From NCBI GenBank assembly GCA_002633005.1, contig NMRA01000207.1:201484-265483 (forward strand): a stretch of DNA of 64,000 nt, given 5' to 3'. Below the pieces are notes generated by a model. That model did no database searches, had not been told where the DNA came from, and saw nothing but the letters and a program-made list of their open reading frames with translations. Within the stretch, counting starts at the first letter, position 1, and the number at the start of each line of letters is the position of its first letter. This DNA is from Phoronis australis. Lineage: Eukaryota > Animalia > Phoronida. Shown here piece by piece: positions 25,527 through 40,500 of this stretch. The position numbers and the translations under genes were made by a program.

Positions 25527-28500
25527 CATCATCATTATTTACTGCCGGACTAAAGTAACCGCGATATCAATTTACTCCTCATTGAAGCGTCTGCTTTGAG
25601 ACTTATTAAATTTTGTCTGCTTTTTCATCTGATGTGAAGCGCTGGCTCTGTGATGATGACGTTGTTGTTGAAGCCTTTGTTCGTCTATTTACTGTATTGT
25701 TACATGTCATTTGTCATTGTCCGCTTCTCGATGACCTCGTATTGAGAGCAAATTTCTTCCCTGTGTTATACCAAGCTGGTACACAGACAATGAGCACTTG
25801 TATATATTCAGAAGCAAGCATCCCTATGTGGTTAAACGGCTTCCTCTGTGTATTCTAAAGCAACGGAATTGAGAATCCAAATGATCTCGGACAAATTGTG
25901 TGTTGAATACATATAATTATGTGCTGGCTACGCCCATTATTTTCTAATAAATATAATTATTGTTAATATCATCATCATCGTCATCATCATCATCATTACC
26001 ATCGTCATCATTATCACTACTGATTGTACACCGACGATAGGACATAGCAAGCAGTGTATCTCTACAACACTTGCTGAAACATTTTTGTAAATATGAGAGA
26101 CCTGGCAAAGTTTAAGGGTAAAATCCCCAACTTCAAGTTTGATGGCACAACAGTATATGTCGTCTATATAATTACGATTACCTCGAGGTTACTTTCATTC
26201 TAGAATGCTTTACTTTTGCAAGAAAAATAAGACTTCCGTTATTTTCACGAAAAAAGTCTGAACTCGCATAAAACGATAACGACATAATGATATAGAAAAC
26301 TGCAACAGAGTTTTTGAGATTTCATCTTGAATTTTTATTCTAAACATAATTTGGTCATGTTATTGATACTGTTCTGTTTTGGTAAGGTGGTCGTTTAAGA
26401 ATGAATTGAAACATCGCTGTTTCGTGGCGTTTTATCACATATTTAAGCCGTGGCTCGAAATGTTATTCTTGATTGACGAGTGGCTCACGGCCGCTTAACC
26501 CCGATTCTTGTCTTGGGCCTACTTCTTTACCGAGCATGTTTGGCGCAACGACAAGTGAGCATCTTTCTTTTTTGCAAAAGTTTAACAAAAAGACATGGCC
26601 ACGTGACCCAAGTAATGGCAGATTGCCAAAATTCAAAAATCAAACTCTACAGGCTTTCCAGTTGCAGCTCGCAGTAGGGGGTTCTCACACTGGTTTTGTA
26701 CTCCCTCAAGAGGGATTCTGACAAAACACTATTAGGCACCCTATAAGTAAGTGAATTTCTTAAAAATACTCCTCCAAATATGAAAATCATTCTCTAAACG
26801 CGAAACGCCTGGTACATGCTAAGGTTAAAAAAGTGACCTTTTCTCGTGAAATTTTTGTTGAAAGATAGGTTCCCAAGTTTTTAGTGGCCACCTTACAGAG
26901 AGAGGGGGCCACAGAGGGTACAAAAGTTAGTTGAAGTCGAACTAGTTTGTGCACCGTCTTGATCTTTATTTTCCTACTTGCAGGCCTGTCTGAAGTTGTC
27001 GCGGCACAGTGCTGCAATACCATACTCTCTAACGATGTGTTCTTCGTCATATTTCAATGAAACTGTTTAGTGGTCTGAGATTGTATAAAATGGGTTTTTA
27101 ACAAAAGATGACTGATTTTAGGACTTTTTTCAATTAAAGTAAATTATAAGTAAGAAAACATTGCAAAAGAAGACGTTATTTCTCGTGTACGTGTACGGAA
27201 GGCTAAGATGCAAATCATGCGTAACCAGTAAAATATATATAGTATTTATAAAGTATAGTAAAAACTGGTGCGAGTTAGACAAACATGCGTAACAGTTGCA
27301 GTTTTCATTATTAGTTCGGGCCAGAAGGAGTCTACCCTTGATCGAGTTTTTAACCTACTTGAATTAACCGGCATTAAAACCGTGCTTTTTGACAAGAATC
27401 AAGTTTGGATTTAGGCTGCTTACCGTTATGGAGTTGGTCTCATATCGCTCTGCTACGGTATGGAGCGACTTATGCAGTTGAAAGGTCAATATTTAATAAA
27501 TCTAACCACAAACCAACCACATTGTACCGTTTTGAGATAAATAATTGTAACTTTAACCAAAGCGTAAGTTTTAAAACAAAATGAAAATCATTTTCTTCAA
27601 TTTGACGTTTTAGTCAAGTAAAAAATGTTCAGGTTCTCGAGTGAATCATCATCATCATAACTAGCCTTTGTGCGGCTAAACATACAGCTTTGCGCCGATT
27701 TATTCATTAAAAAACTGAACATTTAAAATCTTCACCCGGCGAATTAGTGCTATTAACTACATGTACACTCTTCCTTGAGTAAACTAAATTATTCAATCGG
27801 GCGCTCGAGAAAAATTGTCGTTCTGTCGTTATTCTGCTGCTAAAATTGAGATGCGTTCTTTTAGGTCGGCTAACATTGGCCGGTTCCTTTTCCCCGATTC
27901 TTCAGTCAACTATTTTTCTTTTCTACGAGGTTGTGTACATCTCACAACAATTTATCGAAACTGCATGGTTTCATATTGTTATAAATTTTAAGTATTTTAA
28001 TACCAGCAAACCGAATTTCAGAACAAATCTTGCTGCTGCGAAGTTGCCATCATCTTCCGAAAGATGTCGCAAAATTTTAGGAAATTGGGCGTGCACATGT
28101 CGTCACGAGCGCGACAGAATTTTGTTACAATAGTTCATTAGATTGTTTTACACTCAAGCGGCTGAAACCAGCAAGATGAGTACGTGTTGAATGACTCCTA
28201 AATTTTGCATGCGCCTGCGCCGGTCGCGAGCTCTACATGTTGATGTAATTTTCACGACGAGTTGACGAGCAGAACTACCCGGGTTGTCGGAAATTTCGGG
28301 CATGTCGGTACCGGCCGAAGTTCAATAACGTAGTGCTGCCAAGCAATAGTCTTTACACAGCTAGCTGACCGGTTACGTCATAACCCGCAGTACATGTTCA
28401 GTCCCCGGCGGTCCTGTTTTGTGGAGGGGCCGTCATGTTTTTAGGTGCGTCAGTCCTGGGTGAGTCAGTCCTATTTAGAGGGCCGGCGGTCATGTTGTTT

Positions 28501-31500
28501 CTCTCCCGTTATAACTATAATAACCAAATTCAAAATTTGTTTTTGACAGAAAATACTGGTCTAATGCCACTTGGAGTTATCAGTTTATTTGTATGCTAGC
28601 GACTGTAGCCAGTCACGTTTAACCTGCTTCAAGACTCGTCAATGTTACTTCGCTCTGAATTTCAATTCTACGTTTTCTGCAAATCACATTGATTTCCCAC
28701 ATCCCTAGGTGAGAAGGCTTGATAACGGGAACCACTGGGCATTGCCCAAATGTCTATATGCCAAGTCCGCCGTTCTAATGGGAATACGGTTTCATCAATT
28801 GCTGCAGATTATTCAGAAAACATCGTTGAAACATTATGAAACATTAGGTGAATATGACCTTTATCATTGCATGAACTGATAAAACGGCAGTTAAACGAAT
28901 GACGCCTAACGACAGCATTTCAAAACAAACTGACTGAACCAATCGTATCAGTTCGTCTTTGTAAAGTACGGTACAATGCACATTACAGTTCGAGTGGTGA
29001 ATAACAAAGCGTCTGCGCATGTTATTTCATTTCTTATTCTGTTTGTATTTTGATTACAACAGTAAGTAATACGAAGAGAGAAACAATTGCCACGGCGCGA
29101 GTTGTCAAGGCGGCAGTTGTTCTACTTCAGTCCATTTACTTGACCTTAGATCTCAAACTGAACCAGCATAAGCCATTGACACCAAGACTGTCCGCGCATG
29201 CTCACATAAACAATATCGAACGTTCAAACTACGTGGAGTGCCAGCGGATCACACTTATATATGCTACTGCCCAAGTGTAACAGAGATGTTAGAGCTTTCA
29301 GTAACGCTAGGACCTAGCTAAAATCTAGCCAAATCCACGTGTTCTCCTTTAAAATACACGACAATATCTCTCGAACTATTGCTTTTTAGCGAGGTCCTAG
29401 CAGTACTGAACACAAGGCAGTTCTCTTATGTCTTTGTTTCTGCACATGCACTTGACCCTGGAGCAGCTGATCGAGTGCAACTTGCTGTATCTCCCTCTCA
29501 AACCAGTGTCAAAAATGACCGCCTCAGTGTCAACTTTCTGCATGTCAGTCCTGGTTACACACATACTTGCGCCCGATTAGCTGCTCCGTGGCAAGTGCGC
29601 ACCGTGCAAATGAGGCTACAAACTAGACAGTTTATATAGAGACTGTTGTTGCAGATACATATCACCACACCTTCTCACAGGACACAGTGCAACCGATAAC
29701 TGTTGTCTTATTACACAACATTACACAAATTCTAAACAAGACTCGGGACAAAGCGCATTTTCCAATATAATAGTCATAATAGGTGTGAGCGGTAGTCCCA
29801 CTATAGCCTTGTTCTGGCCTCTAGCTAACGCGCAGTTGGTTTCGCGCAAATCGAAATTAAGTCAAATATCTGATTGTTTTGATATCTTTGTTTGGAAATT
29901 AACTAGCCTGAATACCGCAACTTCGCATTAAAGGAGGCTTTAGAGAATACATGAAAAAACGACGTTTTTTGTTATTTTGTAACCACTGTGTCAATAAGGA
30001 ATTATTGTAATTTTCCTTTTAAGCCTGATAAACAATATAAAATGATGACACGGGCAAAATGTGTATGATAAGGTTTGTATCCGTGCTGCGCATGTATTAC
30101 GAAATTGCACCAGCGCAGAATTTGTGGAGTGTCAGTTTATATACAGTAGGTGTTGTTGTGACTGGACAGCTACCAAATGAGAACTTAAAAGTAAATAACC
30201 TTTTTTGTGTAGAGGGGACTAACCTGTGTAGAGGGGACTAACATGTGACTTTGTTGGGAGGGCTAACCTTCGTCGTTGAGTAACTCAACGTTATTTTATG
30301 GATCCATAAGAGATCGGAGCCGTCTAGCCTATGCTAGAAACTAGCCAGTTTAGTGGTTTCCACGTGAAAGAGCGTGCACCTTTTCAGGAAAAAATCCGCA
30401 GTTTCTAGTTGGGCATGCAACGCGTGCTCAGAACTATGTAGAATAAAATAGGCTACCGTTACATTGCGATCTATACAGACTCCTGCACAACTGAAGAACT
30501 CTCTTGAAATAGCTAGTACGTAAATGGCGAAAACAACGCTTGATAATAAACCTGTGCCATCAGTACGTACTATTGCTGAATTGTTTGGGTTATCCCCCAA
30601 AATCCCGGCTCCGCAGGTCAGCCCATGCAAGAATGAAGTTAATGGATCTTATAATTTCCCATATTATAATGGTGAAAGGCTTTAATTGCAATAATGTAAT
30701 GACTTGGGTTTTTTTTCTTTGCATCGAGGGCTAACTAACTCCATGAATACTGGCCACGTGGTTAACTACGTGAACACATGGTTGATCTTGAAAATTGCCG
30801 GATTATTACTGACATCAAGAGCATTTTTAAGTGAGCGCCAAAACTGGGCGTACGTTGTTATCACAATAAAACGAATGCAGCAGTTGTGGATATTTTGGGA
30901 ATGACATGATTACAACCCTTTGACAACCTTTCCCAAAAATATTCATTACCAGAAATGACAATCTTTTTTTAGCACAAATAATACAAAATTTCAAGACGCA
31001 AAGAGCGACAGATATTGCTCCATTATCCCTTGCCAGAGAGGTGTCCCTGTGCATCTCATAGTCTTATTGAATTTAAAAATCAGAATAAATTTTCTCTCTA
31101 TAAAGGTCAAGTACCCGTTATCAAAAGCAGAGGGAACCAAACTAAACACAAAAGCCGATCTTTAGGCTCTAACTTATCTTATTTTCTTTACTGTGTCTTT
31201 CTTTAATGCATTTGTGCCCGAATTTGTTGGTCGCCACCATGTTTCGCCACTGGCGCCTGCAAACTAGTTGAGGGGCACATGCAAACTCCCGCTTTCTACG
31301 GCCCTGCTGAAGTACTGAAGTGTGAGGTAGTTTTGGTCAGTATTGTCTTGTGTTCTTCACCTTCCCTTTCCGAATGTTGAAGGTGAGTGACCAACAAGAA
31401 GTAACCCTTTGGTATGGAATTCCAAGTCTGTCAGTTGTTGGTGTGCATAGATTTTGACACATTGACACAGAAATCTAGACTTGGATGTCTCGCTAATTCG

Positions 31501-34500
31501 CTTTGTGGCCGTGTGTTGAGTGTCCATTGTCTAGGTTTTGTTAGAGTTATTATAGTTACAGTGCCCTGATTCAGTTAAACTTTTGACTTGATCAGACAGA
31601 GATTATGACGTTCTATATACAATATTCTATTTATTGATGTGGCGTATACTGAACCCCTCGCTAGAGCAGATCTCCCGACCCTTTAAATGTCTAAAAAGCG
31701 CGCGATCCTTCTGAAAGTGTACAAATCATATCACCACTTGTCACCACCTTTCTTGTAGGACCTCTTTGAGGAAAAAATGTCTCATTATAATCTTCGCAAT
31801 AAATCTGTGCTATGTGTGACGCAATGTCGGTGCGCAAAGGTTAAACTAATTGTTAGTGTACGGCGCAAAACTTTGGAACTCTCTTCCCAATGAGTCCAAG
31901 TTCATGGACTTTTTAAGAATTTTATTAAATCTTGGACAGAACCACCGTGCAGGTGCGGTCTATGCAGATTTTAAATCTGGTGTGTGTGTGTGTGCGTGCG
32001 TGTGTGTATGCGTGTATGCCATACTTTCATGATATTTCGTCAATGTGTGTTTTCTCATTTTGTCATGTGTTTGGGTTTATTGTTTTTTTTTTCATTATTT
32101 TATTATTTATACGTTTTTATGTAATTATCTACAGTCGGTGATATTAGCCTTTGGTTAATGTTTGTCTGTTTTGTCAAACTGACTATAAATAAAGAGATTT
32201 GATTTGATTTGATTTTATCCCAGATGCAGTGGCCCAAATCGGCCACTAAATTCGAAATCCAATAACCCGAATAAATGTCAGTGAACATGCTGACCCGATG
32301 ACAATAAATTCTGAGTTCATTCGACGTACCTCGGTACCTGGATATTTTTCAGGGCATCGTGTTTTCACGATTGTTTCAATCATTAACTGTATTCATACTA
32401 GTCGGTGGGCCAGATTTTGTAGGGCCTCTAGAAAATGGTTTTTGTGAGTACTTTAGGGGGGCAATTTTATTTTAGTGTTTTTTAATTCATTTATTAGAGT
32501 GTTTTCAAAATCTAAAAAGTTCCCACATATAAAGTTGCACATTTTTGAGAAATTTGAGTTTGAAGTTACCTAATAATCACCAAAGAGCTTAGTAAACTTA
32601 TATTTGTAAAAACAACAGTTTTGGTGACTTTTTTGTAAAACAAGTAATATGGTCCCATCAGTGGCATTGTATTGAACAATATTACACTCACATTACTTGT
32701 TTTACTATTGTAAATTAATTGTAAACAGTGAAATTTAAAAAATGTAAAGAGATACCTAGTGGCAAAAATGCAAACTAAGTCTGAATGTTACTAGGAAGTT
32801 ATTCTGGCATTGTCAGGCAACAAAAATAACACAAAACACTTGAGACTGGGCAAAATGTGGGCCTCAATGACTAAAACATTGACTAATGATGTAAAATACA
32901 GCTTTTTTGCATAATACACCAGAAATACGTTATAGCACAAATACAATATAGTTGAATGATCTCTGTGAATGTGCACAAAGACTGTATGAAAATAATAGAT
33001 TATTCTGACAGCGTTTATCAAACAGTATGAGACAAATACATGACAATGATCAAAGTATGTACTTTCTATGACTTAATCAACAAATAAAATTAACTTTTTA
33101 ATACAAAAAGGGAATAACGGGGTTGGAGGTCTATTTAGGGTTGACTTGTCAAAGAACTATCCAATGTTATGTTGTCAGTTGTCACAGCTGCACATTTCTG
33201 TACAGTTTGACCCAGCATTGCAGCACAAACTCAGTTTCCCAGCACACATGTTCTTTTTGCACTTGCAGCGTTCATCGTTTAGTACTGTCAATGGAGATGC
33301 AGTCATTGCCATACATATTAACTGCAAAGCTCCACCGCCAAGGAGCCGACTATGGTCGATTAGAGAGGGTACAGCACTGCGCACTGGTGATTAGCCCGCA
33401 GGCAATGAAGGGTCAAAAACTAAGTCCCTGTTTGGAGGCGGGCACCATTTGGGCAAACGTTTGATCCAAAATATGTTATAATGGGCTGTGTTAATTAGAG
33501 TCAGCAAGTGAATTATTGAACACTAGCCTCAATTCACTTTCGTATCTCTTAGACGGGCACATACTACAACAGTGGGTAGCTTCAACAGTCGTTTCTTAAG
33601 ATTGCCTGTCCAAATAACTTTATGCACACCAGCTTTGTGAAGAACACCTTCAAACTCTTGCTTTAGTTTTGAAAGGCAAATGACATCTCCTTGTGTTAGA
33701 AGCTTCGACCGCATCACTAACAGAAGAGTCCCACTCAGTCGTATTGCTCTTTTCACAATGGACCATCTCTCATTGCATCATGGTTGTATATGTAGACTAC
33801 TGTCTAACTGTATTGTGTCTGCACGACAGTAGTAGTAAGATTCCACTGCCTCTGCACGAATGTGCACCATGCTCACGCGTAAATGAAAGGGTCAGGTCGT
33901 ATTTAATACTGGCTGCAATCCGGTACAAGTCTAAATAATCAACCAATTCGGGTCGAGTTCATGAACTGCCTCGCGACGAGAAAAATCTAGCCAAATGCAT
34001 GTGCTGTTAATGAGAATGTGCGACGACATCTTGCGAGATCGTGCTTTTCTAGCGAGACACTAGCGTTATTGAACTCGATCCCGTTCTAGGAATTAATTCG
34101 TGCCACCTAGTGCGCTAACTAGTAAAATTCAAACGCTCAAGGCAACTGATAAACTGTGAAATCATTTTAGGAGGTGAGATTTGAATGTCGCGTGGAGATT
34201 CCCGTTCACGACACTAGAGTGTAATTTTTGATTTGATACATGATGACATTTGTAGGTCATTTCCGAGATAACGTACTTTAGACACTTTGTGTATGCATAA
34301 TATGAACGAACGTGAAAGTACAGTACCATAGTTATAGCCACACGTAGTGAGAAGTTTGCAACAACCCCGTAACTGCTCAAGAATACAAGCTACTACTGGG
34401 CATTATCTTACTTAGACCAGGGGTGCGTTCAGTAATGCTAGGACCTACTCTAGGACCTAGCTGAAATCTAATCAACGTCACGTGTTCTCACTTAAAATGC

Positions 34501-37500
34501 ACGACAATATCTCTCGTAATCTCGCGAAGTTTTGCTTTTTAGCGAGGTCCTAGCGTTACTGAACGGGAGGAAGGTCAGACATATACACATGTGGTATAAT
34601 TGATGTTCAACTGTGGTGCACTCTCGTGGCAATTTGGCTTTTCTTTGTGTATGCCTCTATATCTATCAAATGCCCGATGTATTTTCATGAATGATAAATT
34701 TTCTGTTAATGAGGCGACAGGTTCCGATTGCCGGATGGATTCATCGTATTCTGCGCCTCCCGGCAAATGATCGTGTTTTATTATTTCTGCATCTTTCTTG
34801 GCGTCAAACTCTATATCCGCCAAAGCGTTTGTCATCCTGGTTATAAATATATTTTATTTTGCCTGTACCACAATATTTACTAAGTTCCTTAAGGATATGT
34901 TTGTTCCAGTTTAGAGTAGTGTGACGTCGATTTTCGACCAAATACGACTATGGCGTCCCCTAGTGGCACTTTTCCTTTGGTAGTGGCTCTACCAAGCACG
35001 TTCCTTTGTTGTTGTTGTTGTTAACAGAAATTGGCAAATAAGACGGTAGCACTTGCATTGTTTCAGGCGAATTGGAACTATGCCTGAGCCCTCTCAATGT
35101 CCTTTTTATAACATGACACAAATAAACACCCCTGTACAAGCGTACTGTTTCCGGTGTAGTCGTGGGAGCATTTCAACGCTTTGCGCTGCTTATCTGCCCA
35201 AATCTGTGTACACGGTGAAAATGTCCTATAGTTGGAGATCAAAGCAATGATCGTTAGGCCGGAAACAATGCACAGCCTTCCGCCAGGGATGCTCACTGGT
35301 TCATCGAGAATTTTTTAGCGTCGAAAACTATCTACGGAGATTAACGCTATCTGCGCATATGCCAACGGCAGTAATTCAACCAATCATACGCCAGTTTGAA
35401 AGTCTTGCCAGTTAAACCCTCACTTAATGTGATATAGGCTACTAGCAGTAGCTTGGCTAATTTTTTTATTTTTGTGTCGTTTCAGTGCTTGCAAAATGTC
35501 TCCGTTGTCATTGGATCAAACGGCACGACAGTTAACGAAGATCAGTTCCTCGATTTCTCCATCGTCTTACTCCACTATGCAAGAAACGCAAAAGCAACTT
35601 GCACCGGTTCACCGAATCCGAGTGCAAATGTCTCTGTCTACGTGAACTATTTGATGACGGATCACGGAGTTTTATTAACCTCCTTCACCGAACACATGCT
35701 TGAGCACGTGTTTGACGACATGAACCGAACATACTCCCCGTCCAATCACGACCATGACCACGACCATGAACACGAAAACGAACACAGCGAGGAGACCAAG
35801 GTAAGTAATGACGTAACAACGGCCTCTAGCGGTCAGGCAGCTTTTGCTTAGGTGTGCAGATTTCCTGGGCATTCCACGTATAAGCACAGACGATTGCACA
35901 CCCGCTTTGCGTTCTCAGCTAAATGTGTCAAAAATACACCGCATATATTTGGGAACGCTCACTTGCAAGGTTAAATCCTATATTAGATTACTTCCACCAT
36001 TTGCACAGGAAATGAATCACACAACTTATCCAAATCAAAACTTCCTAAATTCGTCACTGCACATATAGGTTTCAATCGCCTATTGAACTGTTGGTTCTCA
36101 GTACTATATATTACATGGACCGCCATTTTGCATAGGCCTATTCTTGATGCTTGAGATGTGTAAACTGGCGTTTTCGGAGAACGTGATTATATGAATTAGC
36201 GGCACCTGATGAATCGTGACATGTTTGACCTGTATCCTCGTTCTGATTACGCGGGCCAGAAACTGGAGGTGTGGATTGGTCTATTTACGAATGACGGTTA
36301 TCGATGCGTGCGCACTTCGTAGCAAAGACGTGAGATACGCGTCCTCTCGTCCGGAATCTAAAATGCGTCACGCAGACAATTGTCTGCTCGTTAAGCTGCC
36401 ACTTGATTTTGGATAAATGCTATCTATGTACTCTCATCTATGAAAAGCTGAACTTCTGGCTGTTTGAAATTACCGTGCAAAAGGTAGAGGTTTTTGCAGA
36501 TCGTAATTTTGCTGGTGGTGCAGCATAGAGTGAGTCGACCTCTCTCGTTGTCCACAAAATGGCCAATTGTCCCTCTATAATGGCGTTGAGTTACGAATGT
36601 ACTCGGGAATTCATATGGCGATATTAGATTACCTGCCAATGTGCTTCGGCTCTTCTCCCGTGGCTTTTTCGCCTGCGTTGGCCAATTTCACCGAGCCCAG
36701 CAACGAAACAACAGATAAAGTCGTCGCTTGGATTAAGTCAATTTTGACCGGAAGCTTTTGTCAGTGTGGAATCGGTGAATAATTTGACAAAAACATAAAC
36801 TGACATATTTTGCTGTTGTTTGAATTGTTCTGGTCTAAGCCGATAACTTGAAGAAGTCAATCCTCCTCTAAAGTAAACCTAATATGCGGGTGGGGGGTTC
36901 TGCCGTAAAACCGGTTTTGTTCCTTTAAGGGCTGTCTGAGTATTAATACACATATGGCCCTTGGCGGGTATTTGGGCACCAACAACTAAGTGCCCGAGGA
37001 GCGTATATTTGATTGACTTTCGGTCGCAAAAACGTCATCTGCCGAACTTACAGTGTCGCCCCGGCCTATATTCGGAAATCTCCGATCAAGTTTGTTGTAC
37101 TATGTATTCATTTTGCGTGAGATTTGTGGCACTGTTTTTGTTACTCAATCTACCAGAAAGCTCTTGATGTAACGGCAAGGAAATGGGATTGATAGACGAA
37201 GAATGTAATTATACCTTTTGTGATGGAAACGAAGGAGGTATAAACTCACGTACTTCACGTGTCCAATTCTACCTCATTTGAAATTTTAGTTGTTATACAG
37301 AAATTAAAAATCGTTTGAAGCCTCGTCTGCGCTGTGCTGTTGCATATTTTATTTTTAAACTGCTCTCGGCATTCAGAAAAGATTTCGAGTGTATTCGAAT
37401 TACACACAGGCAGTGTTGAAATTTACGTGTAGGAGGAATTTTAAATATCTATTCTATTCTTTTCTTTTCTATGCAGTTTGTTATTCCATTGCAATGTATA

Positions 37501-40500
37501 ACAGATTATCTTATTCTATTCTATGCCTATTCAGTTCTGTTATTTAGGTCTGTGTCACGATGATAAGTATTGATGTCCATTACCCGCCTATTGTCAATAT
37601 AACTCTCCAAAGCCACAGGTGTTCTGATTTGAGAAATAATCTCAACAATCATTTGCGCAAGTGGCCATCAATCACTAGCGATGATCTTCAACATATGTAG
37701 CTGGCATAATGATTACAAAGTAGGCACCTATTGTGACATCTTCATTGTCTTCATCAAAGTTTAAAGAGGCCTGGAACCCGATAGCAAAGTAAATTGCAAT
37801 ATTGGAAGTGTCTCTCTTCCACTGAAACCTGCTCGTCATGTGTTGTTAGGGTTTGTTCGTATATATTTTTTAATTTCTGTTGAGATCAAAGCATTTTCTT
37901 TTAGTTTCAAATTAAAAAAAAAAAACAATCTGTCAACTGCTCGCCCCTCCGTTGTCTTTTCTCTCACAAGGCAAAGCACATCTTCTTATTTGGTATGGCA
38001 AAACGGACGTTGCACTTTTCCCTTATATGAAAAATGTGACCTTAGACCCCAAGCGACTTCAAGTTACTGACTGTGAGCGCTTACGCGCATTTATCATAAA
38101 TGGGACGGAGAGTGGAAATTTTGAGGTAACCACAATGTTTTTCTTTCGCACGTATTTCAAAAGTCGTGAATTTTGTGATTTTTTTCTGGAAATTTCCTCA
38201 CAGGGGAAAGTGAATTACTCTGTATTAGACGTTGCGAGATGGTACTTTCGTCAGGAATTGTTTAAAAGATATTTTTGACGAGCTTTCGCGTTCCATGGCT
38301 CTTTAAGTCGTCGACCTCGCTGTAGTCATCACTGTGACACTATCTTTATTCTTTTGAGAGTTTTGGGGTTTTAGTTGTTATTTCGATATATACAGTACAA
38401 CATAGAATTTTCTCTTGCAGTGCTTTTCGCCGGCCTCTATATTTCACGACGCCGGGCTGGAGGGCAAGGATGCGACTCCTCAAAAGCTTGGCATTATTGC
38501 CTCATTGGTGGTTTATAGTCTTTACGAAGGTATATCCTAACTTTACACTTTTACTCAAAATGTTTTGCCCTGTGTTGTTCCTTGCTTAATTTAAAGATAA
38601 TGGCGTCTACGACATCTAAGTCAAATCGCTTTCTTGGTTATTCCATTTTCGAAAATATCAAGTTGAGCACAAACAGCGCGTGCCTTACCTCATGTTTAAA
38701 TGCATTGATTCCGACTGATGTCTCTTAAACTCTTGTCTTATAACATGTCTTTAAACTTTAATTTATTTCTATTAGATACAATTTAATAGCTAGATTTATT
38801 GTAGCGAATTTTAATGGTAATGGATACTATGCGACAGCCTAATAGTAACGTAAGGAGACCAGGCGTAAATTAGACAGACGATTGTTGCTTACCTGACGCC
38901 CTTCAAACAAGCCTCTTTTGGGGACAGACGATTTTTCTCGTTCTATACTATTGTTCGCGGAAGCTGGTTCTCTTATTTGGAAACAAATCAGATAATTTGA
39001 TTGCTCCGCATGGAAGGGGATCCTATTAGACTCTAAAGTTTACGTTACCGAAACCCAAACCAAAAACAATGGCGAGAATTGCACAGTGAGCAACTTTGGG
39101 ATGATTTCGCTCACACGAGGGCGCTGCCACCAACTCAGAGATCGCATCAGCGGTCAGTACCAATACGGCATCAACTCGATTGTGTTTCCACTTGTTCGAT
39201 TAAAGGTGTAAATATGTTCCATTGCAGCAGGTTAATGGAAGCACACAGTTTACTCACTAATAATTATTGTACAACAAATTCAAGGGCCAACAATGTCCCT
39301 TGTCGACCACCACCGCATACATTGTTTTTGGACTTTTCGTATGAATCGTTGCAAAAAGTTGAGTCATAAACTGGTAAAAGATATTGTATGCTCCTGACCC
39401 CCTACCCCTCTCACAGTTTCATCGGAAACTTTATTCACGATGTTACTGTTTTTTTATTTGGTGTTGAACGTTGCATAATTATCCAGTGTTCGTCTTCCAC
39501 CTATATACTATTATCAGCAAAAATAAACACCAGCAATACTGTTTGCGCCCTACCAAAGCCCGTTAGTGCCAGAAAATATAAAAATTGAATCTTCTGTTAT
39601 GGATTGAATATCCGTAAGTACATATTGGTTAGCTTTGATTATGAGTGGAAGAAATCTACAAGGAGGGATGTTGCAAATTCAAAATTACTGGCAACTGGGC
39701 GGGGTGAAGGGAGTATTTGGAGAAGATATCAGAGCCAGTAGTAAAAGTGACTGAGTTTGGATGCACACTTCCCTGTGGCTAGCAAAATATATTGAAGCAC
39801 CCTTACATTTCCAGGTCAAAAGATAGGTTCCTGCCCGTCAAAGAATGAAGCCCTACAGAAACTGTTTAAAGGAAACCTGTTTCATCTTCTCGGAATTGAA
39901 GAGAATAAAACAACATTGACTTCTGCAGGTGAGTTCAGTTTGTCACGGATGCTTCACATTCGCATCACAACTCATAAAAGTCACTCACGACTGCGAAAGG
40001 ACGGCACATGACTTTTTCCTATGGTGATCGACGCATGACCCAAACAATGCTGGCTTTAAAACCATTGTTTTGGAATGAAACTCTCTGTTTTTGGTTTTTA
40101 ATACGGCGAGTCATCGTTCCTAACCACACACGCCCAGAATGGAGGTCGTTAGTTATTTCAAAAAGAATTTTCGTCTCCACTAACTTGATTTATTCAATTT
40201 TGAAATGTAGATGTGCGACAGCTGTAGAGACGGAATATCTGCCTATACAACATAGTAAGCGAACCAAAAAAGACAAGAATGCTATCGATAGCAATGAAAA
40301 TGATGGATACATAGTAATTATTAATCTCTGGAAAAAATCTCATGGTGTCCTTGCCTAGCCTCCGTACAAAACAAATTGTCAAGCTGAAGACAAAAAGAAC
40401 AATTTATTCAGGACTGCGTTCTGTCATCCTTTGTCCTATCAGGGACGAATATGTTACTCCAGTCAAGCGTGTAAGATCACATGCTTCTCTTGTATTACAA

